IMG/VR virus record: IMGVR_UViG_3300002307_000022
Span: 44,585 to 108,584 of that record
Strand: one strand, 5' to 3'
Length of the DNA: 64,000 bases
Source: a virus
Below, one piece after another: positions 30,601-38,178 of this stretch; the stretch's first letter is position 1; every line of letters starts with the position of its first letter. The translations under genes and the position numbers were made by a program. Under the pieces are notes generated by a model. That model had not been told where the DNA came from. It saw only the letters and a list, made by a program, of their open reading frames with translations, and did no database searches.

Positions 30601-33600
30601 CATCCTTCAACAGAATTGTATCTATATATTTGTACCCTACCTATTGAGTTTAACAAAAATATTAGGGTCGAATTAGAAGAAACTGTTACATATTGATCTA
30701 CAGTTATGTGTGTATTGTCATTAATACTAACTATTTTTGTAGTTACATCTGCGTTAGTAAGTGCATCTTTAATTCCAAATACCTGTTGTCCTTCTACTAA
30801 CCCGTCTGTATTTGTTAAATGTATAATAGTAGAATTAGAAGAACTAGAAGATACTGTCTTTGTAACACGGTCGTAGCTATAATCTTTTGCTGAGACAAAA
30901 AGTATTAAATCATCAGTTGCAGGGTCAACTGCCATTTTTAATTTACTACCAAATTGCTCGTTTTCGGTCGGATCGAAAGATAATAATACTTCGCTTTCTA
31001 AGAATTTATTGTACCTAATCTTATCATAAGAGAATATTACAACCATTCCTTGATTAGATAGATTAGAACTATATCCTCCTGGATCACCATAATGTTTATT
31101 GTAAAGATTCCAGTTATTATATATAAAAGTTGATCCATTACCGGGAATATACCGCTTGGCTTGATAGAAAAAGTAATTTGTCCCATCACTATATTTTACA
31201 ACATCGTTTACGTTGTAACTAGTATATTCATTAAATATGCCTTTGTAAAAACTTTTTGCATTAGTAGCATTTGTTACACCAACTGCAATTATTAATCCGT
31301 CATAGGATATTTCTAAACTTATACCAAAATGATCGTTAGCGATTGGTGTTACGAAATCATATGGTATCTTTAATAGCTGATAGTATGCCCAACTGCTTAA
31401 TTTATTAGGTCTAGTATATATTATTACTACCCCTCTGTCATTGAAGGGTGCGCTAGTTACCATAAACAGTCCGTTACCACTTATTTTTATATCATATCCA
31501 AACTGCTGAGAAGCAGCTTTAGTGTATGGTACTATTTCATCGTTTTTATCTAGTGATGATGTGCTATAAAACGCATTGCTATTTTCTAAAACGATCCATT
31601 TTCCAGATTGGTCACTATCAATCCATAATTTTTCTCCAACTATATCAAACTTGTTATACAACTTATCCGATACAGAAGATAGATTTTGATATCTAACAGA
31701 TGCTAACCTATGTATCACTCCGGTCGTAACTATATCAGGTATAGTGGCAAGAGTGCTCGATGTGTAAATCGTGATAATATTATTAGCTACAGCCTGTATT
31801 ATATAAGAACCATTAACATAATCTAAATTAGATATAGATATGAGATCACCTCTAGCTAAATCTAAAGTAGTGTCACAATAGAGATATATATGAGAATTTG
31901 TTACAAAATCTACAGTCCAGGTATTAATTGTGAGATCTACTTTAATATATTCTAGTACATCCCAATCATTGTTTTCAGTATAGGCTAACCATATTTTATC
32001 ACCGTTACGTAATTGAGTTATATCATAATTTAATAGGGCTGCCCTATTATAAATGATGTGCTCTACGTCATCTGGTCTAACATATCCAGCTACAGAATAT
32101 TTGAATATTCCGTAATCTCTTTGACTAGTATCTAGTGATTTAATAGGAAACGGTTTAGCATTATAATCCGATGGTTTTATTGTTACCATAGAAGATGTTA
32201 CATTATAGATCGATAAATCGGTTTGATATTCAGGATTAATTGTTAATAGAACATCTTGCGGATTGTATCTAAATTGTGCTTCATCTAATACAAATTCTAT
32301 TTCACTATAAGATTCGCTAGCACCAAAGTCGCCTACTTTAAATGCCCAATCTTCATAAAGATTTGCAGTGCTAAATCCGCTCGACCTTAACACATCAAAT
32401 AATTTAGTAATACTATTGAACGTTCCTTTTTCTTTAATATATCCCTGATAAAATTTAAACTGGGCAACATCATCTATTATTATGTTATCAAGATATGGCC
32501 TGTCCTGATATCCAATAAGGTGTCTTGCTAATTTTTTCTGATTATCATCAAAAATACTAGCATCTAAATTATAGAAATCTCGGAACTGTTCTACCCTATA
32601 ATCCCAGTTAGCCATTAGTCCCGTAGGCATATTTTTTGTTTGTTCTTTCCAATATTGGAAAATAAAATCTTGTGAGCCGGCGATGTTTTCAATAGCTACG
32701 TATTTGTTATTTTTGTAACTTACGATATCCCCTAGTTTATAATCCAGATATGGTTTCCAAGAGTTAACTATTGCAGGATCATACATAAATCCCGGAGTTG
32801 TATATCCTCCGTCCCAATTACTAGTTTTAAATCCTATTAATTTTACTCTACCTTGCCTATATCCGCTAACTTCATCGTATACTATGTCATTAAAATCTGA
32901 AATATTATCTAACAATAATACGTGTTCTCTCTGTATGAGATTAGCACGAACAAAATATATACCGTCAGTTGTGTTATCGTTGAGTTTAGCAGTAAATCCG
33001 TTATCAATCCTATGTATATCTATTAGGTTAGGTTTAAATGGAGACCCGTCAGCTTTAAGTATATTATATTCAAATGCAGATGAGCTAAAATCATCAATAG
33101 AAGCAACTATAGTAGGAACAAATTGTAATCCCATAGCCGATGGGCTAAGTGTTATAACTGCTCCCGAATCCCAGTTTTGCAGAGACCAAAACATAAATTC
33201 TTTGGCGCTAGTAAGCCAATCTAGAGTAACTCCTAAGTCTTTATTAAAATCGTTAAATTTAAATCCAATTGATGTTAATCTTTCTTGATAACCTAATAGA
33301 AAATCTACAACTGCTTGTACATTTGGCAGTATAGTGCCATATGGAATGACCTGAACAGTGTCTAAAAATTTAGTTCTCTTGATAGCAGTTACGCCACCTA
33401 CTATTGGCAATTTACTTAACGTAGCCCATTTTGTTGCGTCATTTACAAAGTTAGTTGATCCGGTATGGGCAACAGATGCTTTATAGTATTGATTTCCATA
33501 TTTTACAATATATCCTGTGGTATAAAACTGTCCCGGAGTCCAATCACTATAACTTTCAGTTACTCCACCAACATTAATAACATTGTCACCCTTTGCTGGA

Positions 33601-36600
33601 ATTGCTGAGTGTATCTGGAATATGCTGTATTTTTTGTCGTATCCGGTTATTCTATATCCAGTTGTAGAAGTAGCGTTTAGATAATCTCCAGAAATAGTAT
33701 TTTTACCGTTTTGGAAATTTATCTTTTCTATTAATACTCCACTATAAACAACACTTGTTATTGGAGAACTTTGATTATAGAAAATTTTATAATTATCTTG
33801 TGGTAAAAATACCGTGCCGCTAGCTGTTGGACTACGACTATCTAATAGTACATTTAATTTGTCCTTACTAGTATATCCACCAATTCTATGATTTAACTTA
33901 GATCGTAATCCGGTTATTATATTTTTATAGGTGTCTAAACTAATAGCGTTTAAACTAAAAACATAATCATCAAGTATGTTGGCTAGTCCAGAACTCATAG
34001 ACCTTTCAACGTTAGGATCATTAATACTTCCTAACGGAGTATTTGGATAAACAATATCCGATGTATTAAACCTTTTTCCAGTTTTTTCATTGAAGATTTG
34101 TCCTGCTATATTTCTTTTAATAGTAAATCTATCCCACATTTTTCCGATAAATTCACTTCCAGAAAGTATACACATAGCCTTAATAATACTAAATGGATAT
34201 TCGCTGCTCTTTCTCCAAGCAGTTTCAACAGGAGCTCCATCGCCAAATGTATAAACATTTTTAGCGTTAAGCAGTACAAAATCTTTAGCTAAATTACTAT
34301 CTAACGGACTTAGTAATTTTCCTTGATCGTTTACTGGTAAATGGTTAGACAACCCACGCCTAGCATAGCGAGTATCGGTGCGTTTACGGCCTGGAATATT
34401 AATTATACCCTGTTCAATAGCATTCCATAACACTGTATTTTCACTAGTGTACGGTGCAGGACCGTATGCATTTTCCCACCAATCGGGTTTAATCGTAAAT
34501 CCCTGCATTTCCCAAGGATGAGAATGAGGTCTGTCGGTATCGTACATAAACTTATAGATAGACCTCCACCATCCAGTTAATTTGGTTACACCGTCTGGTG
34601 CAAAAGAATTACTATAATTGTAAGTAAACGACACTTCATCTTCAAAATAATTATTGCTACTATAATCTTGATTTATTATGCTGTTCCATTTTAAGAAATC
34701 TGGTAAGATGATATTGTTAATTTCACTACTGCTAAAGAACGATCTAGTAAAATTATTTCTATAATATCCGCCAATTACATCATTGAGATTGAATATAGTA
34801 GTATCATAAGATATCCTACTAGTATTATAGATCCTTTTCTCTAATTCTAAAATTAAATCATCTCTAAAATCATTATATGCAACAGTGATACTACCGTCGT
34901 GACCTTGGATTACCTTTACTGGATCTAGGTAAGTATCGTCTATATAGATAGTTGGTTGATAATTTGGATATATTCCTAATTTACTAGGAGTATAAGGAAT
35001 GTAACAACCGTTAGTAGTATGATAATCTTTTATAGTAATAACATCTTTTACAGATAATGGATATAATATATCCACAAATGCATCTGTTTCATTAAACCTA
35101 TAATCTTTAACATAAGTTAATTGTACATCATTTACATAAATTAACAAACTTCTTCTAGTTTCAGAAGAAGGATTGTAAACACTGTCTATAACAAAAACAG
35201 GTAATCTTGGATCTTCTACTACATATTCTCGTTTAGTATATCCTTTGTAAGGAGCCATATCTGAGAAATAAAATGCACTTCTATCTAGATATTTTGATTT
35301 TGAAAATTCTAATAATATTTGATCTACTTGCTCACTAACATTACCTTCAAATGCCGAGACACTTGCGATCCTGAGAAATTCTTTTTTAAATTGTGTATAT
35401 TGATTAGCAGTCCATTGTAATGCATCGATTATATTATTTTTTCTATCTGTTATTAGATATGCAGCAAGCGGAAATGATCCAGAATGTTGTAAAAATCTAT
35501 AACCATATTGTGAAATCATTCCTTGGTTAGCAAGGTTGCTATTGCCCGGAAACGTTCCTAAAAATTTTGGATTATTTTCTACGATAGTCTTCACATGATC
35601 TATTGCTTCGCCGAGTGTAATATAAGATAGTGTTTCATTAAAAGAATTATTTTGCCAATTATAAGGAATTTCGTAATATCCTCTAGCATTTTTTTCTGCA
35701 ACAGTTTGTACTTTATAAACTACCTTATCGCCAGGTATGAGGGATGTTGCAAATTTAATATAAGCTACACCATTAATATTTTCTCTAGAAATATCATTTC
35801 TCTTAATATTATTAACATATACTTGGGCATTCATATCGCCAATAGTTGCACTATTGTTAAAAATGTCTATAGCTATTTTATCTGTTACTTTTGTTATTTG
35901 CAAAACCCTTGCTGCTTTTTGATAAAGCGGGCGAGATAATGTAGTCCATCCGTTTGAAAAACTAAAAGAACCGTCTATATTAAATTTACGTACAAATCCT
36001 TGATAAGAGTAAACTGTCGATAATGCTGAATTATTAACATATGTCCAATTTCTATTTTCTAAATCAAATTCAAATTCAATATCTCCAACGTTATCAATTG
36101 ATCGATAATACAGCGGGATTCCTAATTCTGTATCGGCGGCCCCTAGTCCAATCCTATAACCAAAAATCCTATTTCCAGAAAAAGAAGAGTTAGTGTAAAT
36201 TGATAAATCTGAATAACTAGTTTTATTTTCATCAAATAGATCAAAAAGAGGAGCTTGATTGTTTATTGTTTTCTTCTGAGCTGATTTCCACACTTCGCCA
36301 TTATAAAAGAAACTGGTTCCTTTATAACTTAATCCAGATTTGGCATATACTACTTCCCCTTCTACTGGGTCGGTATCATCAGTAGGTATTAATGTAAGTT
36401 GTGGAATCTTTCCGCCGGTGCCGTATGTACCTGTAGTAGTTCCAGATCCAAACACACCTGGATTTTTTGAATAGAGTAAAGTAACAGAAGTAGTAGTGCT
36501 AAAAATAGCATTGTACAATCCAGTATAATTAGAATTGCCATTTCCATCTATATAATAACCATAATTTGTAGGTGGTGCAGCTACTAACTTATCAAAAAAG

Positions 36601-38165
36601 AATGTTACCTGGAACGGAGCAGTTGTGTTAGTAATAATAGCACTTAAAAATTTTATACTAGTATTATCTACATTAATAGTACTTACTTTATAGATACGAC
36701 CGTTAACTGAACTATCTTCATCAGCAGTAAATAGCACTCGGTGTCCGGGTAAAAGAGGTTCGCCATCAACATGATATCCTAAACTACCTTCTATAGTAGA
36801 AAATACCTTAGTAGTAGTTGTATCAATTAAATCAACATCTCTCTTTGCATTCCATCCATAGTTATAAAGCTTAATGTCTGGAAGAAATTCTATAATAGGA
36901 CGCTGGGCTCTTGCAGTTTGATCCGGGGATGCTATTTGCTTGTTAAATGTAGCGGTAATCTCTAGTACATTTATATGGAACCATCTGTTATTTCTAGACC
37001 AAGAATTTCTATCTCGACTTGCTCTAGAAATAGTGATATATTCTTTAGTATTAGGATAATTGTTAGCATTTTCAAAAGGAACCGAATCAAATGGTTGTAA
37101 ATCAAAAGGTAAATCTGTTGGATCGTTAGTTAGCGGGGTAGATTCTAGATCGCTATATGCTACTAATCGTATAGCAGTTCCTACTCCCTCAACATACCAA
37201 AAATCTTGTGCGTATTTTGATGGATTTATATTTCCAACAAACTTTATCTTCAATCCATTAACAAAATTTATACCTGTTGTACTTGTATAACTAGATTTTC
37301 CAACTATATCTGAATCTACATCTAAAAATGTGTCAGAATTAACATCTCGTATGTCAATAAATCCCTGAGTGTCAAGGTCGTTTCCGTCTACATAATATAA
37401 TAGATCAGGTGCTTCATAGGGAACAGTAAACGTAATGGTTCCAATATCTACATTGCGTGCAGATACACCGTTATCATAAAAAGAACTATTTCCAAGAACC
37501 GCTTGCGTCTTTATTGAAAAAGGTTTTCCTTTAGCATTTATATTAAAAGTATATGTGTGTCCTCTGTATAGAGTTAGTCTAGGATTAACTGTAAGTCCGT
37601 CTGGAGTAAACAGATAATCGTATCTATCTCCTTCATTTATAGCTACGACCGTAAATGCACTAGAAGCTGCTTGTTGGGTTCCATAAATTGTTATTGGATC
37701 TGGACCACTTGGTAACCAATAGTATTCTCTAAAGTTTACAAACTTATCCCAGTCAATATTTGGATCCCAAGAATATGCTTCTTCAGTATTTAATTTAGCG
37801 TGGTTACTAGTGTTTGCGCCATAATATGCTAGACTATTCATATAGTCAATATAATCAGCAAACCAGGAAATTTCTCCAGTTGCAGGATCTTCATATACAT
37901 ATCCGGGTTCTAGTTGATAGTATTGTCTAATAGACGAAGTATCAGTCTGATAGTTGTCATCAAAACTAAAATTTGGAATATCTTTCCTACCAATATATCC
38001 ATTAACTCTAGTTAATTTTCCAGGTTGTAATAGAGGATCAAAAACACCAGATAGAAATTTTTCGTTTTGATCAGTACGAAAAAATCTAGGCAGATGTCGT
38101 ACTGACTGTCTTTTATTCTGGTCGTCTATATTAACCGGTAGTGGATATTCGTCATTACTTGCCAT
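21609..38165 (-). CDS. Giant (5518 aa) multidomain virion/baseplate structural protein
   Basis: Uninterrupted 16.5-kb ORF directly downstream of gp6. It contains a cupredoxin-like segment (~37380-37600), CBM5/12-like repeats, about 7 FG-GAP-like blades (~29430-31520), G.GY..P.V.I repeats and a LamG/concanavalin-like domain (~25050-25560). Confidence 0.75.
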   Translation of the reverse strand: MASNDEYPLPVNIDDQNKRQSVRHLPRFFRTDQNEKFLSGVFDPLLQPGKLTRVNGYIGRKDIPNFSFDDNYQTDTSSIRQYYQLEPGYVYEDPATGEISWFADYIDYMNSLAYYGANTSNHAKLNTEEAYSWDPNIDWDKFVNFREYYWLPSGPDPITIYGTQQAASSAFTVVAINEGDRYDYLFTPDGLTVNPRLTLYRGHTYTFNINAKGKPFSIKTQAVLGNSSFYDNGVSARNVDIGTITFTVPYEAPDLLYYVDGNDLDTQGFIDIRDVNSDTFLDVDSDIVGKSSYTSTTGINFVNGLKIKFVGNINPSKYAQDFWYVEGVGTAIRLVAYSDLESTPLTNDPTDLPFDLQPFDSVPFENANNYPNTKEYITISRASRDRNSWSRNNRWFHINVLEITATFNKQIASPDQTARAQRPIIEFLPDIKLYNYGWNAKRDVDLIDTTTTKVFSTIEGSLGYHVDGEPLLPGHRVLFTADEDSSVNGRIYKVSTINVDNTSIKFLSAIITNTTAPFQVTFFFDKLVAAPPTNYGYYIDGNGNSNYTGLYNAIFSTTTSVTLLYSKNPGVFGSGTTTGTYGTGGKIPQLTLIPTDDTDPVEGEVVYAKSGLSYKGTSFFYNGEVWKSAQKKTINNQAPLFDLFDENKTSYSDLSIYTNSSFSGNRIFGYRIGLGAADTELGIPLYYRSIDNVGDIEFEFDLENRNWTYVNNSALSTVYSYQGFVRKFNIDGSFSFSNGWTTLSRPLYQKAARVLQITKVTDKIAIDIFNNSATIGDMNAQVYVNNIKRNDISRENINGVAYIKFATSLIPGDKVVYKVQTVAEKNARGYYEIPYNWQNNSFNETLSYITLGEAIDHVKTIVENNPKFLGTFPGNSNLANQGMISQYGYRFLQHSGSFPLAAYLITDRKNNIIDALQWTANQYTQFKKEFLRIASVSAFEGNVSEQVDQILLEFSKSKYLDRSAFYFSDMAPYKGYTKREYVVEDPRLPVFVIDSVYNPSSETRRSLLIYVNDVQLTYVKDYRFNETDAFVDILYPLSVKDVITIKDYHTTNGCYIPYTPSKLGIYPNYQPTIYIDDTYLDPVKVIQGHDGSITVAYNDFRDDLILELEKRIYNTSRISYDTTIFNLNDVIGGYYRNNFTRSFFSSSEINNIILPDFLKWNSIINQDYSSNNYFEDEVSFTYNYSNSFAPDGVTKLTGWWRSIYKFMYDTDRPHSHPWEMQGFTIKPDWWENAYGPAPYTSENTVLWNAIEQGIINIPGRKRTDTRYARRGLSNHLPVNDQGKLLSPLDSNLAKDFVLLNAKNVYTFGDGAPVETAWRKSSEYPFSIIKAMCILSGSEFIGKMWDRFTIKRNIAGQIFNEKTGKRFNTSDIVYPNTPLGSINDPNVERSMSSGLANILDDYVFSLNAISLDTYKNIITGLRSKLNHRIGGYTSKDKLNVLLDSRSPTASGTVFLPQDNYKIFYNQSSPITSVVYSGVLIEKINFQNGKNTISGDYLNATSTTGYRITGYDKKYSIFQIHSAIPAKGDNVINVGGVTESYSDWTPGQFYTTGYIVKYGNQYYKASVAHTGSTNFVNDATKWATLSKLPIVGGVTAIKRTKFLDTVQVIPYGTILPNVQAVVDFLLGYQERLTSIGFKFNDFNKDLGVTLDWLTSAKEFMFWSLQNWDSGAVITLSPSAMGLQFVPTIVASIDDFSSSAFEYNILKADGSPFKPNLIDIHRIDNGFTAKLNDNTTDGIYFVRANLIQREHVLLLDNISDFNDIVYDEVSGYRQGRVKLIGFKTSNWDGGYTTPGFMYDPAIVNSWKPYLDYKLGDIVSYKNNKYVAIENIAGSQDFIFQYWKEQTKNMPTGLMANWDYRVEQFRDFYNLDASIFDDNQKKLARHLIGYQDRPYLDNIIIDDVAQFKFYQGYIKEKGTFNSITKLFDVLRSSGFSTANLYEDWAFKVGDFGASESYSEIEFVLDEAQFRYNPQDVLLTINPEYQTDLSIYNVTSSMVTIKPSDYNAKPFPIKSLDTSQRDYGIFKYSVAGYVRPDDVEHIIYNRAALLNYDITQLRNGDKIWLAYTENNDWDVLEYIKVDLTINTWTVDFVTNSHIYLYCDTTLDLARGDLISISNLDYVNGSYIIQAVANNIITIYTSSTLATIPDIVTTGVIHRLASVRYQNLSSVSDKLYNKFDIVGEKLWIDSDQSGKWIVLENSNAFYSTSSLDKNDEIVPYTKAASQQFGYDIKISGNGLFMVTSAPFNDRGVVIIYTRPNKLSSWAYYQLLKIPYDFVTPIANDHFGISLEISYDGLIIAVGVTNATNAKSFYKGIFNEYTSYNVNDVVKYSDGTNYFFYQAKRYIPGNGSTFIYNNWNLYNKHYGDPGGYSSNLSNQGMVVIFSYDKIRYNKFLESEVLLSFDPTENEQFGSKLKMAVDPATDDLILFVSAKDYSYDRVTKTVSSSSSNSTIIHLTNTDGLVEGQQVFGIKDALTNADVTTKIVSINDNTHITVDQYVTVSSNSTLIFLLNSIGRVQIYRYNSVEGWFFNYVQPILVQPTVSILFDKFANSAFDISSGSQYGYDLDCLDDFTTAAISAPFLGSGVVYLYNITPDVYVSTNSTLNGLKFSYFGLSEIINLDTLTDGTVTNNVGGYLSIGDYFGFKLIISGNSLVVSAPNNSSKGNHVGAIFNFQKTDSSLGISYQLDQVIIPPVTNTYAYERFGTSLSIDPNGNVLSIGARGGPSVLDTTFDTYAASLYSSYSFQLIDIVNIEGTGPYYVMFDITPQLSAPPINVKYNISGNSNSLIDGDFLADSSTATTVTFIFDVIPGEFGSGHTIASDPDLQYLLDPSSAELTPTTFDNNSTRFYDQIAVTGAVYVYNRFDNHFIYSDRLTPTNDLAAQDNFGFSIVTSSNCIAVGTPNKAFNGVHTGSMFVFNFNNPSWKILRSGEPLVDISKFKKSFYYNTETNKIISNLDIYDPVKGHIPGIADQEIKYQTYYDPAVYEFIGDTSLAHTADQIWTDNHVGELWWDLSTVKYMWYEQGDITFRNTHWGKLFPGSVVNVYEWVESRYTPSQYATLSDTTAGLANGISGIPKDTSDLTYSTKTKYDQTSSIVTTLYYFWVSNRKIVPSFTTRKLSASEVTKLISDPKGQGYQSVSITGQSSISLTNIKSKLLGKKVSINLQFYEVENTDLLLHREYVLIPKGDSTAQIPKLLEQRWFDSLIGLDIAGNVIPDPKLSPKHRYGNSTNPRQSWFINKFEALKQNIEYINSILQDFNLLNEINLTNLYKQEEPPTLTSGIIDFEIDTLQDLPYVGTSNLRTAQLSLVIKDGSVYDVYVDDTGYGYGKNKIYQTDAYGNPVLWYGPTVEIQGTGTGAQIQTYVDSKGQVDPNSVEIIKRGKGYNSVIDLTTGTDISTTVKVRDFTVLVKSDSDALNGWSLQTWSFANTAAAAAYFASVQSSLGLIRQNLVKAWIRTRTQAYNTTKYWSFVDWYAPGFGSQSDIKHIIPQTSDLNGLHADIGDLVKVTKVGLDSWILLLRIATTNDPDFTVDYKVVGQQNATIQFSSSLYNYSSELGYDENYSYDLNLYDTNPTTELRIILEAIRDDILIGDLRIEYLNLFFNSIHYVLSEQHFVDWFFKTSFLKFNQIVGNLNQNPTFQADPLGDYESYIQEVKPYRTKIREFVSSYQGYDYTYNTVTDFDLPSYYNVDTGQLEATYLESAYINQYPWANWLKNHTYELTTIIVNDVGSGYISRPVVSISPPITGSILWNKSTSYDQGTYISFNGNYYLATTAGLTGKTPPTHIEGAVMNGNIELLYVAANAKATAYISSGTIFKIVLDNPGHGFLSSPTITISGGNGSIGFKQATATAVIGNGKTRSMTLTMKFDRYLRNYYVDNFKFTDTYEATNQSVFKLTYAPEIEKNKFFITVNNIEYYGSQYFVSLKQELHDTYNALTGTITFATPVSGTVIITYYKNIGLYSAVDRINYAYTPGSGQYGKDLSQLMIGIDYGGVEFTSIGFAVGGGWDVLPWDVGSWDTIITANDDYVVVLSNDILYNPSIIPNQFTLPYTPANGDIINIYLKPIDSTQTTRIDSTDYFYVNSLSFYGYPTFTLNGVVNNTSSIDVNSLEYSVKLLEIPLYDVATDQTTLIVSVFITQQDTTVRSDAYPQPLAGWTIGSLEIVENSTRNDYGSWSLIVSGNHTLEFTQNSNYVLLPLAQDYIEISRPFGTAIGSPYFFDFGTEDFTIELFVNPIAAPDTDNTPILIIGNDAPGQSIRISQNISGNGAGILIPSNDGTSDDYVGFIDLIINQWSHLALTRKDSKIYFHINGVLQMDINPATFNFVVDGTLRIGYGTNEIDGYFRGSVSNLRILKGKGLYTLNFAIPTKPLNEITDYTALLLCNSEISSLPFEADGTNNIITLNSLPGILRSGDQLIFRKSTSDGSILPNEQSIIDSLVSGGDLAYTSAKGISPDDIIIDGDEFVSEYTNHGPEELIEGHVVDTVDIKFYDAPPAGGPKIVISNFVGDGFTYTFSLGTLPPDENAVIGFVDKLYQVSLNVNFENLTTDFVTDDNLPMPPPLNSKVTIYVIDTAGYDILSREIFSGNGVTNEFTTGARFTAGDVSVYALVDGIEPELTIATTNANYPNRGNVIVKLKDTPPAGSVVQIMVLKGTVQKYSTVVNQTIPVTGSTTYAIDVPPGDSQPYSAYIWAIVNYSINGQKKQDFLRAPDYANFIYPATMALDPIRYNTASLNLNMINVYLNKQKLLKIRDYNLDSINNIIKLTAGVAKIGDSIIIEILRDNDFIIDGSNLIVTKNYNLSNKDYILLTTFYNHHQWEILRTNKEFVFANGYETLPYDVVQYDTYNTNANTSGIFDLPRTVSDKSGVVVALSRELLVLGIDYVVLDNLKQIKVILPDLLTKKDYIEIITTNPNVSQFSFGFRIFKDMLNRTQYKRLDSKKVTKLASDLSYLDSMIEVENAANLDTPNRQDNLPGVIYIASERIEYMFKTDNVLSQLRRGTLGTTVNEIISAGTELMSMSYQDTLPYQDKEFKNTYIADTAIDENFGYSFGIYEGTIYGSKLVAPDHDIQAIISINQIDIPITLTTNVVTNKTNIQNAVNSYTNITGVLATRIVDNNHPFVNNNPNAYDLRPVDISISVTGLVNNVTAGQYHYITYNLLHLVNAINTLALPVSQSFTIKGSVNTNYNGTYVLVDSTTTTATFRYPTDPGEYINSINILSFVSKVGNGPYFITFNIPVRTTPLTTGIRYNITDNINQNYNGYYELRYSTLGTVTFIYDNDPGIFINDVSVISRFSKTGTGPYYITYTIATQQTPLAVGVYYNVSGSLDAIDYSILKNTSFYNGVYLATESTLTSITLEYPSDPGLFVGGFIKLSSPTKLNSSTVVFKAAPSEIKLSNVYILPLNFVPSYRNGIAQLGTGWYRETIPPIYQQNDEMEIFISGTRLNKTPITVYDQSLAQDSYNGTGDKIIEAEYSVDGINSEVRLTKAPAPGSIITVLTRKGSSWFLSGEEVPFAFSKSNVAKFITSATVDLPK

Positions 38166-38178
38166 TATTGCTCCAAGA

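Noticed and set aside
21609-38165. Intein or intron explaining the giant ORF size
   Set aside because: No HINT N-terminal or C-terminal (HN-C/S/T) motifs or LAGLIDADG blocks were seen; the length is explained by repeated structural modules.
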